From Eledone cirrhosa (Eukaryota), in assembly GCA_964016885.1 (NCBI GenBank), contig OZ024742.1, positions 78,554,001 to 78,618,000 on the forward strand: 64,000 nt of DNA, in the 5' to 3' direction. A model generated the notes under the pieces. The model did no database searches. It saw nothing but the letters and a program-made list of their open reading frames with translations, and was not told where the DNA came from. The translations under genes and the position numbers were made by a program. Of this stretch, positions 39,651 to 53,822 are shown one piece after another (within the stretch, counting starts at the first letter, position 1; each line of letters begins with the position of its first letter).

Positions 39651-40779
39651 TATGTCCGTGAGAGTGTATTTTTATAAGTTTTGTGTTTGTGCGATTATAG
39701 TTATATACTCATAATAGTTATATACTCATACATATAGATGTATGTATGTGCACAATCATACGCATCAGGTGTAGAAAATCATAATCTCTCTATCTCTCTC
39801 ATCACACACTCTCTCTTTCTATATATATGGTAGTTGAAGTGGTGGTGGTGGTAACGGTATACCGGAAGTGTAACTTTGAAAAGAAGTCAATTTGAAATTA
39901 TTTATTTTTACGAAATTGAGTACATAAATTATGTAATATTCATTCATTATTTATTCAAAATGAATTGGCAGTATCAGTAGAGGGTTGGATGCCATGCTTT
40001 CTAGCATAGTTACGCCCCTTTAAGGTTTGAGTTCAAATCCCGTCGAAGTTAACTTTGCCTTTCATCCTTACGGGGTCGATAAAATAAAGTAGTAGTAGAA
40101 ACTATTATTTATTCAAAGTAATCCAACTTATTTTACAAACGGGATAAAAAATATTTTGGGAGCTTAAGTCATTTGTTAAATTTATGCAATTTATTTGAAA
40201 TAAAATACCGTACATATTATGTGTCCATATATTTATAACTTATAAATAAAATATTTAAAATATCACACTAATCATTAATATTTGGGGGTTGTTTTTAAAT
40301 AAATTGTGGAATTTCCAATAGTTAGAAAGCTAAAATAACTTTTCCATAAAATAATTATTTTATATTATAGTAGTAGTAGTAGTAGTTACTATTACTACTA
40401 TTACTAGTAGTAGTAGTAATGTTGGTGTTGGTGGTCATTGTAATAGTGGTACATTGAAAATAAAGAAGCTATGATACAATAGGCTGTCACAAGTTATCAA
40501 CTAACTGGCAGTAAATGTTCAATGCTGGTCGACAGAATATGGAGGGTAGAATGCAATGGAATGTAGAATAGAAAAGAGAATGTAAAATTTAAGCCACAAC
40601 AGAATGATAGACATAAAGAATGGTTTCTAATTTATGCTCAAGATCAGCAATTTTAGGAGTGGAAAGCCAATTATATCAACCCTAGTACTTGACTGGTACT
40701 TTATTTTACCGATCCCAGAAAGGCAAAATAGATTTTGCTGCGATTTAGACAAACTAATGCATCTGGTTCAAAATTATCC

Positions 40780-40990
40780 TATTTTTCAATACTGGTGCTG
40801 CCCACTTTCTGAAGTACTGCAATATCAGGTTTGTAAGGGGACCACTTGATGTTCAGAATGTGCTGGATACAATTGCTGATGAAACCTTTCCAACTGCTTG
40901 ATATGCTGACTGTAAGTTGTTCACATCTCACACCCATATAGAAAGGCTAAGAACACAGATCTCATACACTTTTGGTAACATGTAACCCAG
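40780..40990 (-). pseudogene. Decayed RTE (BovB-like) fragment
   Basis: Minus strand KVYEICVLS / YGCEM*TTYSQHIKQLERFHQ. Confidence 0.55.
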
Positions 40991-41291
40991 TGCAATGTGT
41001 CACATAGTTGTGTTGTCAGCAATTAAACTGACAACTCCACCAAAATAACTTGGTGAGGGGGGTGGGATGATTTTTGGATACTTGCTGGATGAAGAACAAA
41101 ACCTGACAAAAGGCAGAGAAACTCTATTTTTTTTTATTGGATCGCCAGTCTGAAGAGCAGATCGATAATGGAGTCAGGCCCATAACTTCTCTGGGTGACC
41201 CTGAGCCAATCCTCTGTGAAATGCGTGTAACAGGTTGGTACACAATAAAAAACTAAACACATGTAAATGAAACTTCATCATTTTTCTTAAT

Positions 41292-41322
<31 letters not shown>

Positions 41323-43432
41323 ATATATCATTGTATATATACATGCATGAGTATTTATGCTTGCAATAATATATATTTTCATGTGGAGAAACTGAAGCTA
41401 ACTTAATTCTACAGAGTTTCTACATGTTTAATATCACCCCCACAGAGAAACAGTGTAATAAATAACATTGAATATTTTTAAAAATACAGATTTCCTTCTA
41501 TTAACTACATCTTGTTAGTACCTAAGTACTAATACACACATACTAGTGTGTACTATATATGTATATGATCATCATCATATAATAAAAAAACCCATGCTAG
41601 CATGGAAAAACGGATGTAAAATGGTAATGAAGATGATGATGTAGCCTTTCAAAACAAACTGTATCATCAATTTGGTATCATTCTTACACATTATCTTGTC
41701 TTACTCTTTTCTTTTATTACTCTTCTTTGACAAATGACATCCAAAAACGTCAGATCCTTTCTCTTTCTATCTACTGTAATGAACATTCCACTGCACACAC
41801 ATTGTACATAGTTTTGTGCACATATTTTATCAAATACCTCTTCTTTTTTCACAATCTTTTCACTTTAATCTGTTTTCAACTTTTCCATTTTAACTGATAG
41901 CTGAACCATTCTTTTGTGTCATCCTGACACACATACATGTAGTGCGATCTTTGCATTGAATATGAGCCAAACCACCTTTAAACATGTAGAACAGCTGTGA
42001 TATATACAATTACATATTTTCTTCATTCTCTATCCACATTTGACTATCTACATTTATCTACCTCATTTCTCTTTATCCCTCCCCCTCTCTCTCTCTCACT
42101 CTCTTTCATCTCACTCTGTAATAATCTAGCTATATGAGCATTTTGAAGTCTGCATGTGTGTTTGTGCCCAAGATCTCTCCATATATTCATTTCTCTACTT
42201 CTCCTCTTCATCGTATATAGTTACTCTGTCATCAATATAGGATAATGGATAGACGTACACCCCCCCCCCCCACACACACACACACACATACATTGGTTGT
42301 CAGCTCAATACAAAGCTTGACCACTTCTGTGTACATGAAACTCAGTTCTGGCATGTAATTTTATGTGTTTTTTTAGACCAGATATACTTTTAAAAAAAAA
42401 CATACACATAAATTGCACATTAGATTTTGGGCAGCTTGGATTAAGAAATGTTTTTTCAGATCTCCTTGACATTTGCAAATCTTGTGGTACATGTAGCATT
42501 GATACAAGTGAACTAGTAGGTATGTTCTGTAGTGGGTAGGAAGTACCCTATTGTGTGAGATTTATGAGATTAAAGTCCAGCCTCTGGCAGGCAGATTTTG
42601 CCACAAACTGTACAAGTAGAAAAAGTTCCATTAATTTCATATTCCTTTATTGGCAGTTCTTTTTTTTTTTCCTCTTAATATTTACTTGCCTGTTTTACTC
42701 AAAGGTTTTCACATCATCCCATATTTTTGAATGCTTGGTAGAGCGATCTGCTGCGAGACTTGCCAGCTTTTTTTAAAATCAATTTCTACATTCTTCAATT
42801 TCTCCTTCAATGTATTTTTTAACCTTTTCTTTGGCTTACAGTTTCCTTTTCCCCTCAACAAGTTACCCATAAATCATACATACATACCTTTTCCATGACA
42901 TAAGCCACAAAGCATACCAAGCTCCCATGCACCACACACCTCCACAACTCGCTTATTGTTTTATTTCTAATGGGAATGCAACAATCATTGAACCCACTAA
43001 TATGTTAGAAACCAAATTGTGTAAAACTGTATTTGAGCAATAATGGAAACGTAAACTAAAACAATAATCTTTTGATATTTCAAGTAAAATTTTCAACTTT
43101 TTATGCTTCTTAGGGGAAAATATTTTCTTTCTTTTTTAATAAAACAGAAATGACTAATAGTTTGCATAGGATTAATCATTTTTGGAAATTTGGACTGTTG
43201 GATTAATATATTTTGACGAACCTTAGCAATGATATAAGTGTGAAAAACGTTTTAGAAAAATTGCATGGGCTTGAGACAGTCAAAAGTAACCAGCTGAAAA
43301 TACACACACTATAAGTTTGGCATAACATTTTGGTTTCTTAAAAATGAATTGGACTAAAAAATTTGAAGAAATTCAGTGTTGCACTATTCTGTTTACCATA
43401 ATGGTTTCATTATTACCCACATAAGGCTTACA

Positions 43433-43657
43433 TTAACCCTTTAATGTTCAAACCGGCCAAAACTGGCCAGAATTCTCTACCTCTTTCTGTTGAAACTGGC
43501 TGTAACTACTCACTCAAACTGATGTTAAGGTATTGTTCTCAATAAATACTTCAAAATCTGATAGATTCGATATTATATGAGATAATTATGTGAGGTAAAG
43601 CCTTTACCATGAAAATATAATAGTATATATAGAGTAATGTGTATGCTAAAGGGTTAA
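43433..43657. mobile_element. piggyBac-type MITE
   Basis: TTAA-CCCTTT...AAAGGG-TTAA termini; inverted copy at 50996-51285. Confidence 0.65.
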
Positions 43658-44899
43658 AAGGATGGTACAGTCTGGGTTTTTTGTGTGAGAGAAAAATTTA
43701 CCATAATGAGAGAATAAGGAAACCATGAGAGGAATAGCAGATAAACATGTACTTAAATGCTCTAATGCATGTGAAATCAGTGTCCTAGTGTTCTTTTATA
43801 TAGATAATAAATACAACCACAAGGATATAGTCTGAATGTGTAAGAGCCAAACTCCCACTGTCATCATCTCCATCTCTTTCGCCCTCCCCATCTCTATGTA
43901 TGGTGAGCAAATGGGGTCCCACATGCTGGCCTCCCCACAGTCCCGGCAGACAGAATGGAGGAGTTTCCCTGAAGGATGGTAAGGGAGATGCACTGGAAGA
44001 GCCATTCGATGCATTACAGTGTGAGAAACTAAGTTATGTTCCAAATATCAGGTGGCTATTGAGAAAGCTGGTTATATTACTGAATTCCTCCAAAAATCTT
44101 AATTATTTTGAAAATTATTTAAAATCATGGAAATGTCTTAATAAAAGGGTTAACACAGAAGCTGTACATTCAGGCCAACTACAAGTTTGCTTTAAGTTAT
44201 TATTCTAACTTAGATCACATTTATTGTTATCACTGTAACAATAACTGATGAAAGTTACTTTTCAAAACAGTATAACCCGAGAATATAAAAGTTGGACTCC
44301 AGAAGGAGATCACTGTAAAATTAAACTACCAGGAAACATCAGGAAAGGTAAAGGTATATAGTTTATGTGTAGTTTAGCCAGGAATAGGGGGATATACTAA
44401 TGAGATTTGTGTGAAGCAGAAGGAGATTTTTCATTACCTTCCTATGTCTTCCTAGACTCATGAGAATGTTGTGGTTAACATATAGTTTAAACATCTTTAG
44501 GCCAATGAACGTACAAAGATAATGGATAGGGAGGAGAAAATTCTGGCGATTTGACATTCCGGGGTAGAAGGATTGGGTATAATGGTTACTAGGTGGGGAA
44601 GTGGGTGGGGAGAGGGGGCAAATATCTAGGTGCTGATTTGTATCTAAGAGCAGAGTTGCATTCTCTCCTTGTTAACATGTCTAACCCACAATAATAAATA
44701 TCTTTTCATCTGATTAATATTAATATGCACACAGACACACACACATACATATATATATATACATACATACATACATACATACATACATACATACATACAT
44801 ACAAGCCTAATAAATTATGCAACAAGCTTAGAATTGTCATTACTCTCTCCACTACTACAACAAACACAAAGTAGGATATATATATATATATATATATAA

Positions 44900-44982
<83 letters not shown>

Positions 44983-45122
44983 GTGTGTGTGTTTTATTTG
45001 CAAAGGGGTACTGCCAGAATAAGATAGTTGATGGTGATTTACTGAAACTATCATTGATCTAGGCATCTGCGTCTCTAAGTAAATCTTCACCAATACACAC
45101 ACCCCCTACACATATATAGGTC

Positions 45123-45166
<44 letters not shown>

Positions 45167-45227
45167 CGCGCACGCATATGTATATCTATATATATATATA
45201 TATATGTCTGTGTGCGTGCGCGCACGC

Positions 45228-45275
<48 letters not shown>

Positions 45276-45917
45276 ATGTATATACACACACATACACATA
45301 CATATATATATATATAAGAGTGTGTGTGTCCACATATCACACACATACGCAGAAACTATATGACACACATTTAGACATGCACATACATGCACATACACAC
45401 ACACAGCAATTTAATCAGACATTTAGGAGAAGCTGCCAACATATCTTTTAGTGTTTGCAAGATATGATGGTGAGCCAATATACAATAGAAGAGATTAAAA
45501 CTGAGAAATCCTTGCAGGCTATGTCCATATATGTCAATAATTACTATATTCTACTGATTTGCCGAAAGCTTGCACTCAGAAAAGGGAAGGTCATCAGCAG
45601 ATGAACTTATGTGACCTTTTAGGTTTGTTCAAATTACCACATAAAGAAATGAATAAAAATGTTCTTCTTTGAAGCTATACATGCTCACCAATGCTCAAAC
45701 TAATTTCAAACTGAACTTATTCAAATATGAATAAAAATACCAATATAAAATTTTAAATAAATAAAGTGTAGTCTGATAGTTAAAACTAAAATCAATTACT
45801 TTAATTTTAATTAAATTAATCCACACATATAATTCAATTCAGTAGATATATACATATGATATATATAAAGGAAATGAATACAAGGAGTATAAACCGTTAA
45901 AACATGTTTATATAACA

Positions 45918-45962
45918 ATGCACCTACGTACGTTTCATCCAGAGTTGGCTTATCAAGGGCAT
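45918..45962 (-). ncRNA. Minimal hammerhead, U3-A8 variant
   Basis: atgccc-TTGATAA-gccaactctggat-GAAA-c-gtac-g-TA-ggtgcat. Confidence 0.65.
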
Positions 45963-46601
45963 GGAAAACAAAAAAATTATCAATACGCGACCCAGGAGGG
46001 GTTCCAAGGATAAATTCACATGAGAGTTCATTCTTCGCTTAAGTGCATGTGTTGTTATTCCGTCAGAGTAGGAGTAGTAACTCTGGCCGGTGCTCAACCA
46101 ATCATGTCCTACTTGGTTTTGTATCCATTCATATGATGGCATTTGTGTTATTATTTTGTGGGTGTTGTTTTACTAATGCAGGTTCGAGCCAAGTCTGGGA
46201 GACACATTTTGTGGGTGTTGTTTTACTCATGCCGGTTCATGCAGTGTCTGGGATGTACATTTGGTTCACAGATGTTTGCTTACACCGCCTGCCCACCGGA
46301 GTGTTATGGTTTGGGCAGGTGGACCCAGTTTATAGTTTTCATGCCGCAGTCGCTTCCCAGGCGAAGTACGAGTCCTGCACTCGGGGCTTACAGTTTATGA
46401 CTGATTCAGCCCTGCTATTTATGAGCTCGTGTGGTGTTCTTATGATGTAGTAAAGCTCCAAGAGGCAAAGCTGGCATTTCCAACAGCACCCAATATTGTG
46501 GTTGCAGCCCCGGCAGACGAAACCGACGTAACCTAGGCGAGACTGGGGAATATACTAGTGACTCGCACAGGTCACCCACTGACAACAGAACGGGCTGCGG
46601 C

Positions 46602-47130
46602 GTGCGGAGGGATAATGGTACAACACCACATGCCCTGAGATATAACAGTACCAACGACCGAGATAGAGACATAGATAACAACATAGGTAGCAATAGTAAT
46701 AGCTTTACTTCAGGAACTAGGAGCGACAGTGACAGGAAATGCAACTGTCGTGACAGGGGAGGCTGCCCTCTCAGGGGAAACTGCCTGACTGATAAGGTTA
46801 TTTATAGGTGCACCGAAACTAGCCATAATAGAGTTAAACACTATATAGGAGCCACCTCTGGCCAGTTCAAAACGAGATTTAGAACACATCTCCACTCTTT
46901 CAGGAATAAAAAACTAAGACACTCCACGTCACTTGCCAATTACGTCACTACATTAAAAGACGCCAACATCAGCTTCTCTGGGATATTGTCTGTAGGGCTG
47001 CACCCTACAACTTCACGAGAAAATGCCAGCTTTGCCTCATGGAGCTTTACTACATCATAAGAACATCCCACGAGCTCAAAAATAGCAGGGCTGAATCAGT
47101 CATAAACTGTAAGCACCGAGTGCAGGACGA
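46602..47130 (+). pseudogene. Penelope-type GIY-YIG endonuclease (frameshift near 46978)
   Basis: CNCRDRGGCPLRGNCL..VIY...HYIGAT...FKTRFRTH; next frame WDIVCRAAPYNFTRKCQLCLMELYYII...KNSRAESVINCKH. Confidence 0.85.
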
Positions 47131-47404
47131 ACCGGCATGAGTAAAACAACACCCACAAAATGTGTCTCCCAGACTTGGCTCGAACCTGCATTAGTAAAAC
47201 AGCACCCATAAAATAATAACACAAATGCCATCATATGAATGGATAAAAAACCAAGTAGGACATGATTGGTTGAGCACCGGCCAGAGTTACTCCCCCTGCT
47301 CTGACGGAATAACAACACATGCACTTAAGCAAAGAATGAACTCTCATGTGAATTTAACCTTAGAACCCCTCCTGGGTCGCGTATTGATCAATTTTTTTGT
47401 TTCC

Positions 47405-47450
47405 ATGCCCTTGATAAGCCCACTCCGGGGCGAACCGTACGCAGGTGCAT
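47405..47450 (+). ncRNA. Minimal hammerhead, U3-A8 variant, stem III mutated
   Basis: atgccc-TTGATAA-gccc-actccg-gggc-GAAC-cgtacg-CA-ggtgcat. Confidence 0.55.
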
Positions 47451-47670
47451 TGTTAGATAAACATGTTTTAACGGTTTATACTCCTTGTATTCATTTCTTT
47501 TATAATCGCTCTGCTTATTTTTTCTCGCCCACTAAATATTAACGCTTCTAATATTTAACCCTGTAGGCACGAGTATTGAGCACATTTGCACAAACTGTTG
47601 GCAACTAAATATATGTATCGCCCATCTTTCCTTTTTTCTCTCTCTTGATACTAAATCATTCTATGATATA

Positions 47671-47728
<58 letters not shown>

Positions 47729-47842
47729 TATCAGGGGCAAAGGGTCCGTGCATGCGTTACAGAATCTTGAGTTGATCAATTGCGTCAGTTGAAGCAAGCA
47801 GAATTTTGGTTGCTTACTAAAATGTATAGACACAAAAAGATA

Positions 47843-47874
<32 letters not shown>

Positions 47875-48081
47875 GACAGCTTTGGGACAAGCAGAATTTT
47901 GACTGCTTACTAAATCGTAGATACATAAAAAGATAATACACACACACACACACTAGATAACACTACATGCAGCTTTGACCGGGAGGGTCATTTAGAGGGA
48001 ATTGAGGGGGGGGGGGTAAGGCTGTACAGCCCCACTTTCCGCCATGGCGATTGGACTGCATGCCCTGCTTACCTTTCGCCA

Positions 48082-48138
<57 letters not shown>

Positions 48139-48419
48139 AAACAATGTTAATGAAACATATTGTTAAGACATTAGAAGCACCACTGGTGGGATTTGAATCA
48201 CCTATCTCATTTATTGAGGGACTGAGTTACAAATTACATACTAGTAAGACAGTCAATTTATTCCCTCAAATAAGATACTATAATTTGTTTATACTATCCA
48301 CCCATGTCCTAACACCCTACACACGTTCTAACAACCCACCCCCCAGAAATTTCCCTAGATCTACTTCCCCCACCCAAGTCCTCAGTCAACACACTAAAGT
48401 GATTATGTTGGTGATATAG

Positions 48420-48652
48420 CAAAAAGAGCCCAATCCACACTCTATAGTGTAGGTGTCACAATAAAAAGCATCCAATAAACACTCTAAATGAGGTTGGTGT
48501 TAGGAAGGGCATTCAAACATAGAAACCAAGCCTAAATCAGTTCTGTATGAGCAAGACACGGTCATCTGACCTGGCTTGTATCGCAATGGAACAACTCATC
48601 TAACCCATGCTAGCATGGAAAATGGATGTTAAACGGTGATGATGACGATGAT
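48420..48652 (+). mobile_element. RTE 3'UTR fragment
   Basis: gttggtgttaggaagggcat...taacccatgctagcatggaaaa, (TGA)n tail. Confidence 0.7.
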
Positions 48653-48770
48653 ATCTGTAGTACTTATAAGACAATTCATCAATCATTCAGTCCTCTATAT
48701 TCAGCAAAAAAAGGTTATTTTTATTTTGGTACCAAACATATAAGATATTGTTACCAAATCTCTCCTAAGA

Positions 48771-48772
<2 letters not shown>

Positions 48773-48802
<30 letters not shown>

Positions 48803-49171
48803 CCGTTTTACGTCCGTTCTTCCACGCTAGCATGGGTTAGACGGGTTGTCCTGTTGTGGGCAGTGTCTGGTCGGCTGACCATGCCTTGCTCATACAGGAA
48901 CTGATTTGGCTTGATTTCTACAGCTGGATGCCCTTCCTAACACCAACCTCATTTACAGTGAGTGCTGGGTGTTTTTTCGTGGCGCCTACACGTCCACTTT
49001 ACAGTGTGGGCTGGGTGCTTTTTTGCCGTGGCACCTCCACGACCATCTTGCGGTGGGGGGTGTGGGGGCATATTGTCTATATGCTTCAGCTTGTACCCAT
49101 GGGAGGTCGGGGACTCTGTATTAATATGCTTCAGCTTGTACCCATGGGAGGTCGGGTACTCTGTATTAATC
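48773..49171 (-). mobile_element. Young RTE 3'UTR-only insertion with a 45 bp tandem duplication at its 5' end
   Basis: Nearly identical to 26973-27310; units 49080-49124 and 49125-49169; candidate TSD aagaca at 48767-48772 and 49172-49177. Confidence 0.88.
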
Positions 49172-50995
49172 AAGACAGTACATAACAAGGATAAATCTGA
49201 GTGGCAGGTTTACTCTATCACTCCGTTTAACACGCCCTAAATCATAAATCATCTTTGGTTCTATGAAACAAAACCACCCATTTTGAAGGTTTCTTTTTAA
49301 ATTTAAAATTTTCCATCATAATTTGATATAAAAACCATATGGTTAAGTCATATTACAAATAACATTTTAATTACGAAATAATTTTCATAACTCCCCTTAC
49401 ATTCTTCATTAATTAATTGAAATACTGTGGATTTCATAAGAAATATGGTCATGAAAGCGTTAACATACCACCTGGTCCTCAGGTTTCTTAGCTAGCCAAG
49501 TTAACTCTGTTGAAAGCATTCAAAGCAGATCTCTAGTTTGAGCATACCTTGCCTCTCCCTCTAGTCTGAGAGACCTTGAAGAGACCCGTGCCCACAGTCC
49601 TTCCTTCATTGACTAAACCAAGAAAAAACAGAAATAAAAAAAGACAAAACTGTAGTATCATCTATATAGTTATATGAACAGATCAGTGTAGCAACTAAAT
49701 ACTTTTCAGTGGTCTCCCAAGTATTTTTGGAAAAAAAAAACATGCATTAATTATATATGTTTCAAGGTAACATGTCAGATATAGACAAATAATCTTGCTT
49801 AGCAACCATGTGGTTTAGGATTTGATTCCACTGTCTTGCAGATTGTAAGTATAATTTAGTAGGTAAAAACTGTGCAGAAGGTTCGTGTGTGTGTATATAT
49901 GTAAGTTTATATGTACATTTGAGAGTGTGTATGTATATGTATATAAATTTATGAGAGTAAGTTTGTGAATGTATATATATATATATGTAATTATATGTAT
50001 GTAAGTTTGTGAATGTCTTTTGTATCAAAGTAGTAAGTTGGTAAATCGATAAAATATAGATTGATAAGATAAGTAAGAGACTGAAATAATTATTGGGGTC
50101 ATTATAATCAAATAAATATCCCTTAAGATAGTAGCTTGGTATAACCACAGTCGAATAACTGAAACCAATAAAAGAATACCCTGAAATAAAACTGTAAGGG
50201 CCATATGTAAAATGTCAATCAAACCCTTTTTTACTGGTTATTTCTGTACAATTTCTCTCAGTTAGTGTTGTCAGGGACTGCTCAATGATTGCAACTAATT
50301 CTATCACAAATTTATTGAAGGAATGATCACAATGAACCACACCATTGTAATCATTCATAATACCTCCTCACACACACATTCAATAATACCCATACCTGCA
50401 CACACACACATAATTTAACAACAGAAGATTGTTTTTGTTATGTTTTTTTTTTTATTTTTTTTTTTAAAGAAGGCTTGAAATTTATCAGATCAATAGTTCT
50501 AATACATTATGGTATAAATCTAAAGATTTTTGGAAGAGAGACAAAACTGAATTGTTCAAAATACATTGAAGAAGCTGCCTATAATGAAAAATCAGTAAAT
50601 CAATATTTATAATAATACATTGACAAATATATGTATCTATAAAGAATACACATAGAGTTTGGAAGAGAGACAAACCAGCCCTTTATTTCTAACTAATTGA
50701 AAGTGGAGGGCCACTATAGTAATTAAATGATCTAGAACGAATAATATATGCTATAAAAGTTAGAAGGGATTTCAAAATAATGGAAATTTCATTATCAATA
50801 AAATAACAGTTCATTCTGAAATTTCTGAAGAAAAATAATTCAATGGCCATGTTGCAGTTACATGATACAACAACAGCTACTGATTTTCAAAGCTAACATG
50901 TTCATAGTCTTATATGTTTGGCAATAAATTGGCAGAGTTGTTAGAGAGTCAGATTAAATGCTGCAGTAGTTGTTCAAGTACTGTTCATTCTGGGT

Positions 50996-51285
50996 TTAAC
51001 CCTTTGGCATTTACATTACTCTATATTTACTATCATATTTTCATGGTAAAGGCTTTACTATATATATATTGGGCCGTGAAGTAGGAAATTTGTAGAAATT
51101 TCTATAAATTTCAGACTTGAAGACCCAATAATTATCTCATAATATCGAATCTATGAGATTTGGATATTATTTATTTTGAGAACAATACTTTAACATCAGT
51201 ATGAGTGGCCAGTTACAGCCGGTTTGAACAGAAAAAGGTGAGAGAATTCTGGTCAGATATAGCCAGTTTAAATGCTAAAGGTTAG
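50996..51285. mobile_element. piggyBac-type MITE, second copy
   Basis: Reverse-complement similarity to 43433-43657. Confidence 0.6.
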
Positions 51286-51989
51286 ATACTGCCTTGTGTC
51301 ACGGGAAAAGCAGTAACACTTCTGCCATTAGCTGCCAACAGCAGATAATATCAGCAATGGAGAGACCAATGGAAACATAGTTTCAGGGCATCTGGTGGAG
51401 ATGGGTGGAATGGGGGCGGGTATCCACAAACTAGAGACATGGCCTGAATGCTTGCAATAAATTGGACTCTGATAAAGGCATGCAAGAGCAAAGTGGTAGG
51501 TTTGAAACCAAGCAACGTAATAAGCCTACCACCTAAATGGCTAATGTGGGTTTTGAATGTAAAACACAAAATCCTGGAAGAAATACCCTAAGGTATTCCA
51601 TTCAATGCCCTAACATCTACATTAATACTTTTAATTCCAAACTACATGTAAAGAGTTGTGTTTCTATGATATAAAACTACTTGCTGTAGTGTGCTTATAT
51701 TTATCTTAAAACCTGCCATCATAATTGTATGTGAGAACCTTCGTTAAGTTCAATCACCAACTTAATCATGAGAAGGTTAGTTATATTAATAAATCCTTCT
51801 AAATTCTTGCTTATTTTCAAAATTATTTGAAAATCATAGGCAGTTTCTTTTATTATAAACATCGTAATGAAAGGGTTCAGATTAAAATATTGTTTATTAA
51901 GCCAATTTAATCTAGAGTTTCTTCTATCTACTCACAATCAGTAACTTCAGCATAACAAGATTCAAGTTTGGTCTCATATATATATATGA

Positions 51990-52248
51990 GATCGTGTAGG
52001 TGTCACGTAAAAAAAACACACAGTTCACGCTGTAATGTGGCCGTGTAGGCAACACAGTAAAAACCTCCCAGCCCCACACTGTAAATGTGGTTGGTGTTAG
52101 GAAGGGCATCCAGCTGTAGAAAACCCGCCAGATAGTCCTATGCGAGCAAGATAATCACTCTTGCCTCAAGTGGGAAAACCCCCGTCCAAACCCATGCAAG
52201 CGTGGAACACGGACGTTAAACGTTGATGATGATGATGATGATGATGAT
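51990..52248 (+). mobile_element. RTE 3'UTR fragment
   Basis: Reverse complement of the 34082-34330 type; similar copy at 57970-58205. Confidence 0.75.
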
Positions 52249-52436
52249 ATATACACACATATATATATGGAATGGAAATAGAAATAGAAGCTTTGCCGTA
52301 TCATTGACTATATAATATAGTCTAATAATGAGCAGTATAAACCTACTGAACTGAAAAAGGTAGTATGCTGATACCCATCTTTTTCTGTTCAGTGGCTTGA
52401 TATAGTTCATTATTAGATTGTATTATTTAATGTTAC

Positions 52437-52718
52437 GGGCGGTGGATTGGCAGTATCGGTAGAGGGTCGGACGCCATGCTTTCCAGCATAGTTACGTCCC
52501 TTTACGATCTGAGTTCAAATCCCGCCGAGTTGACTTTGCCTTTCATCCTTACGGGGGTCGATAAAATAAAGTACCAGTAATGCACTGGGTAATTGCTGGC
52601 CTTGTGCCAAAAGTAGAAACAATTATTTAATGTTACGGGGTCGATAAAATAAAGTACCAGTAATACACTGGGTAATTGCTGGCCTTATGCCAAAAGTAGA
52701 AACAATTATTTAATGTTA
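52437..52718 (+). mobile_element. Family 2 SINE with tandemly duplicated 3' half
   Basis: Full copy 52437-52627 then repeat of the 3' part; attatttaatgtta occurs three times. Confidence 0.85.
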
Positions 52719-52800
52719 TGGTGGATTTTCTATTTCAATTCCAAACTGCATTCCAAGCAAACTTCGATATATATATATATATATACACATACATACATAC

Positions 52801-52840
<40 letters not shown>

Positions 52841-53089
52841 CCTATGGAAAGGGAAGAACTATGAAAACTTGAGATAATGTGGTGAAAGCCAATCTCACTC
52901 AGCTGAACTTCTCAAAGAAGTTGATCCAGGATCAAGTTAACTAATTTTCCCATACAAGCAGGATAAAATGAGCATAAAAAGGATTCCTTTGCCCATCTGA
53001 ATGAAGGCTTTTGACTACCTCTCCACACCTACCCGAAGAAGCAGAGAGGTGGATATCATTCAGGTCCTCGCATGCTTGTATACTCCTGA

Positions 53090-53822
53090 TTTAGGCCAAC
53101 ATGAAAAGCCAGGTACATCCTAAAATATGTCAGACACCATCCAAATGCTTTAAGCCCCCACCCCCAACCCCAATGTGGGATAACTGTAGAACCCCAGTAA
53201 CTATCATATAGCCTGCACCCCTCACATTTATACAGCCTCACCCACATCAATACATCCCCAACCTGACTGAGGACACAGAACATGCTAATGTTGTAATGAA
53301 GTAGAGCTGGTGCCACATTAAAAAGCATCCAGCCCATTCCTTAAAGGGGTAATACTGGTTCTACAGCAAAAAGCACCCAGTTGACTCTGGAAAGGTAGTA
53401 GTGCTGTTATCACTACAAAGAACACCCTATCTACATTATAAGGTAGTTTTACCATGACAAGATGGCCCCCTTGTATAAGTTGTAAACTGGTCAATGTTAA
53501 GTAGGGCATTCAGTCATAGAAACCATGCTCCTAGTACACAATGTAAAGTGGTTGGAATTAGGAAGGGCATCCAGCCATAGAAACCATACCCCCAATGTAC
53601 AATGTAAAGTGGTTGGAATTAGAAAGAGTATACAGCCATAGAAACCATGCTTCCGGTAAACAATGTATAGTGATTGGCTTTTGGAAAGGCATCCAGTCAT
53701 AGAAACCAAGCCCAAAATGGAGTATATGAGCACAACAGTCACCTGACAAGTCTAGTCTCAGTGAGACAACCAGTCTAACCCATGCAAGCATGGGAAACAG
53801 AAGTGTGATGATGTTGATGATT
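53090..53822 (+). mobile_element. Old RTE 3' end with internal ~59 bp tandem repeats
   Basis: About four repeats of gtaaagtggttggaattaggaagggcatccagccatagaaacc at ~53480-53710. Confidence 0.65.

Larger units (their letters stand above)
45866..47665 (+). mobile_element. 5'-truncated Penelope-like element with inverted pLTR
   Basis: 45866-46520 is inverted relative to 46986-47503; GIY-YIG ORF between and into the arms; hammerhead in each arm; TA-rich flanks. Confidence 0.85.

Noticed and set aside
53480-53710. Regularly spaced repeats resembling a CRISPR array
   Set aside because: Degenerate tandem copies of an RTE 3'UTR motif; eukaryotic context, no unique spacers or cas genes.
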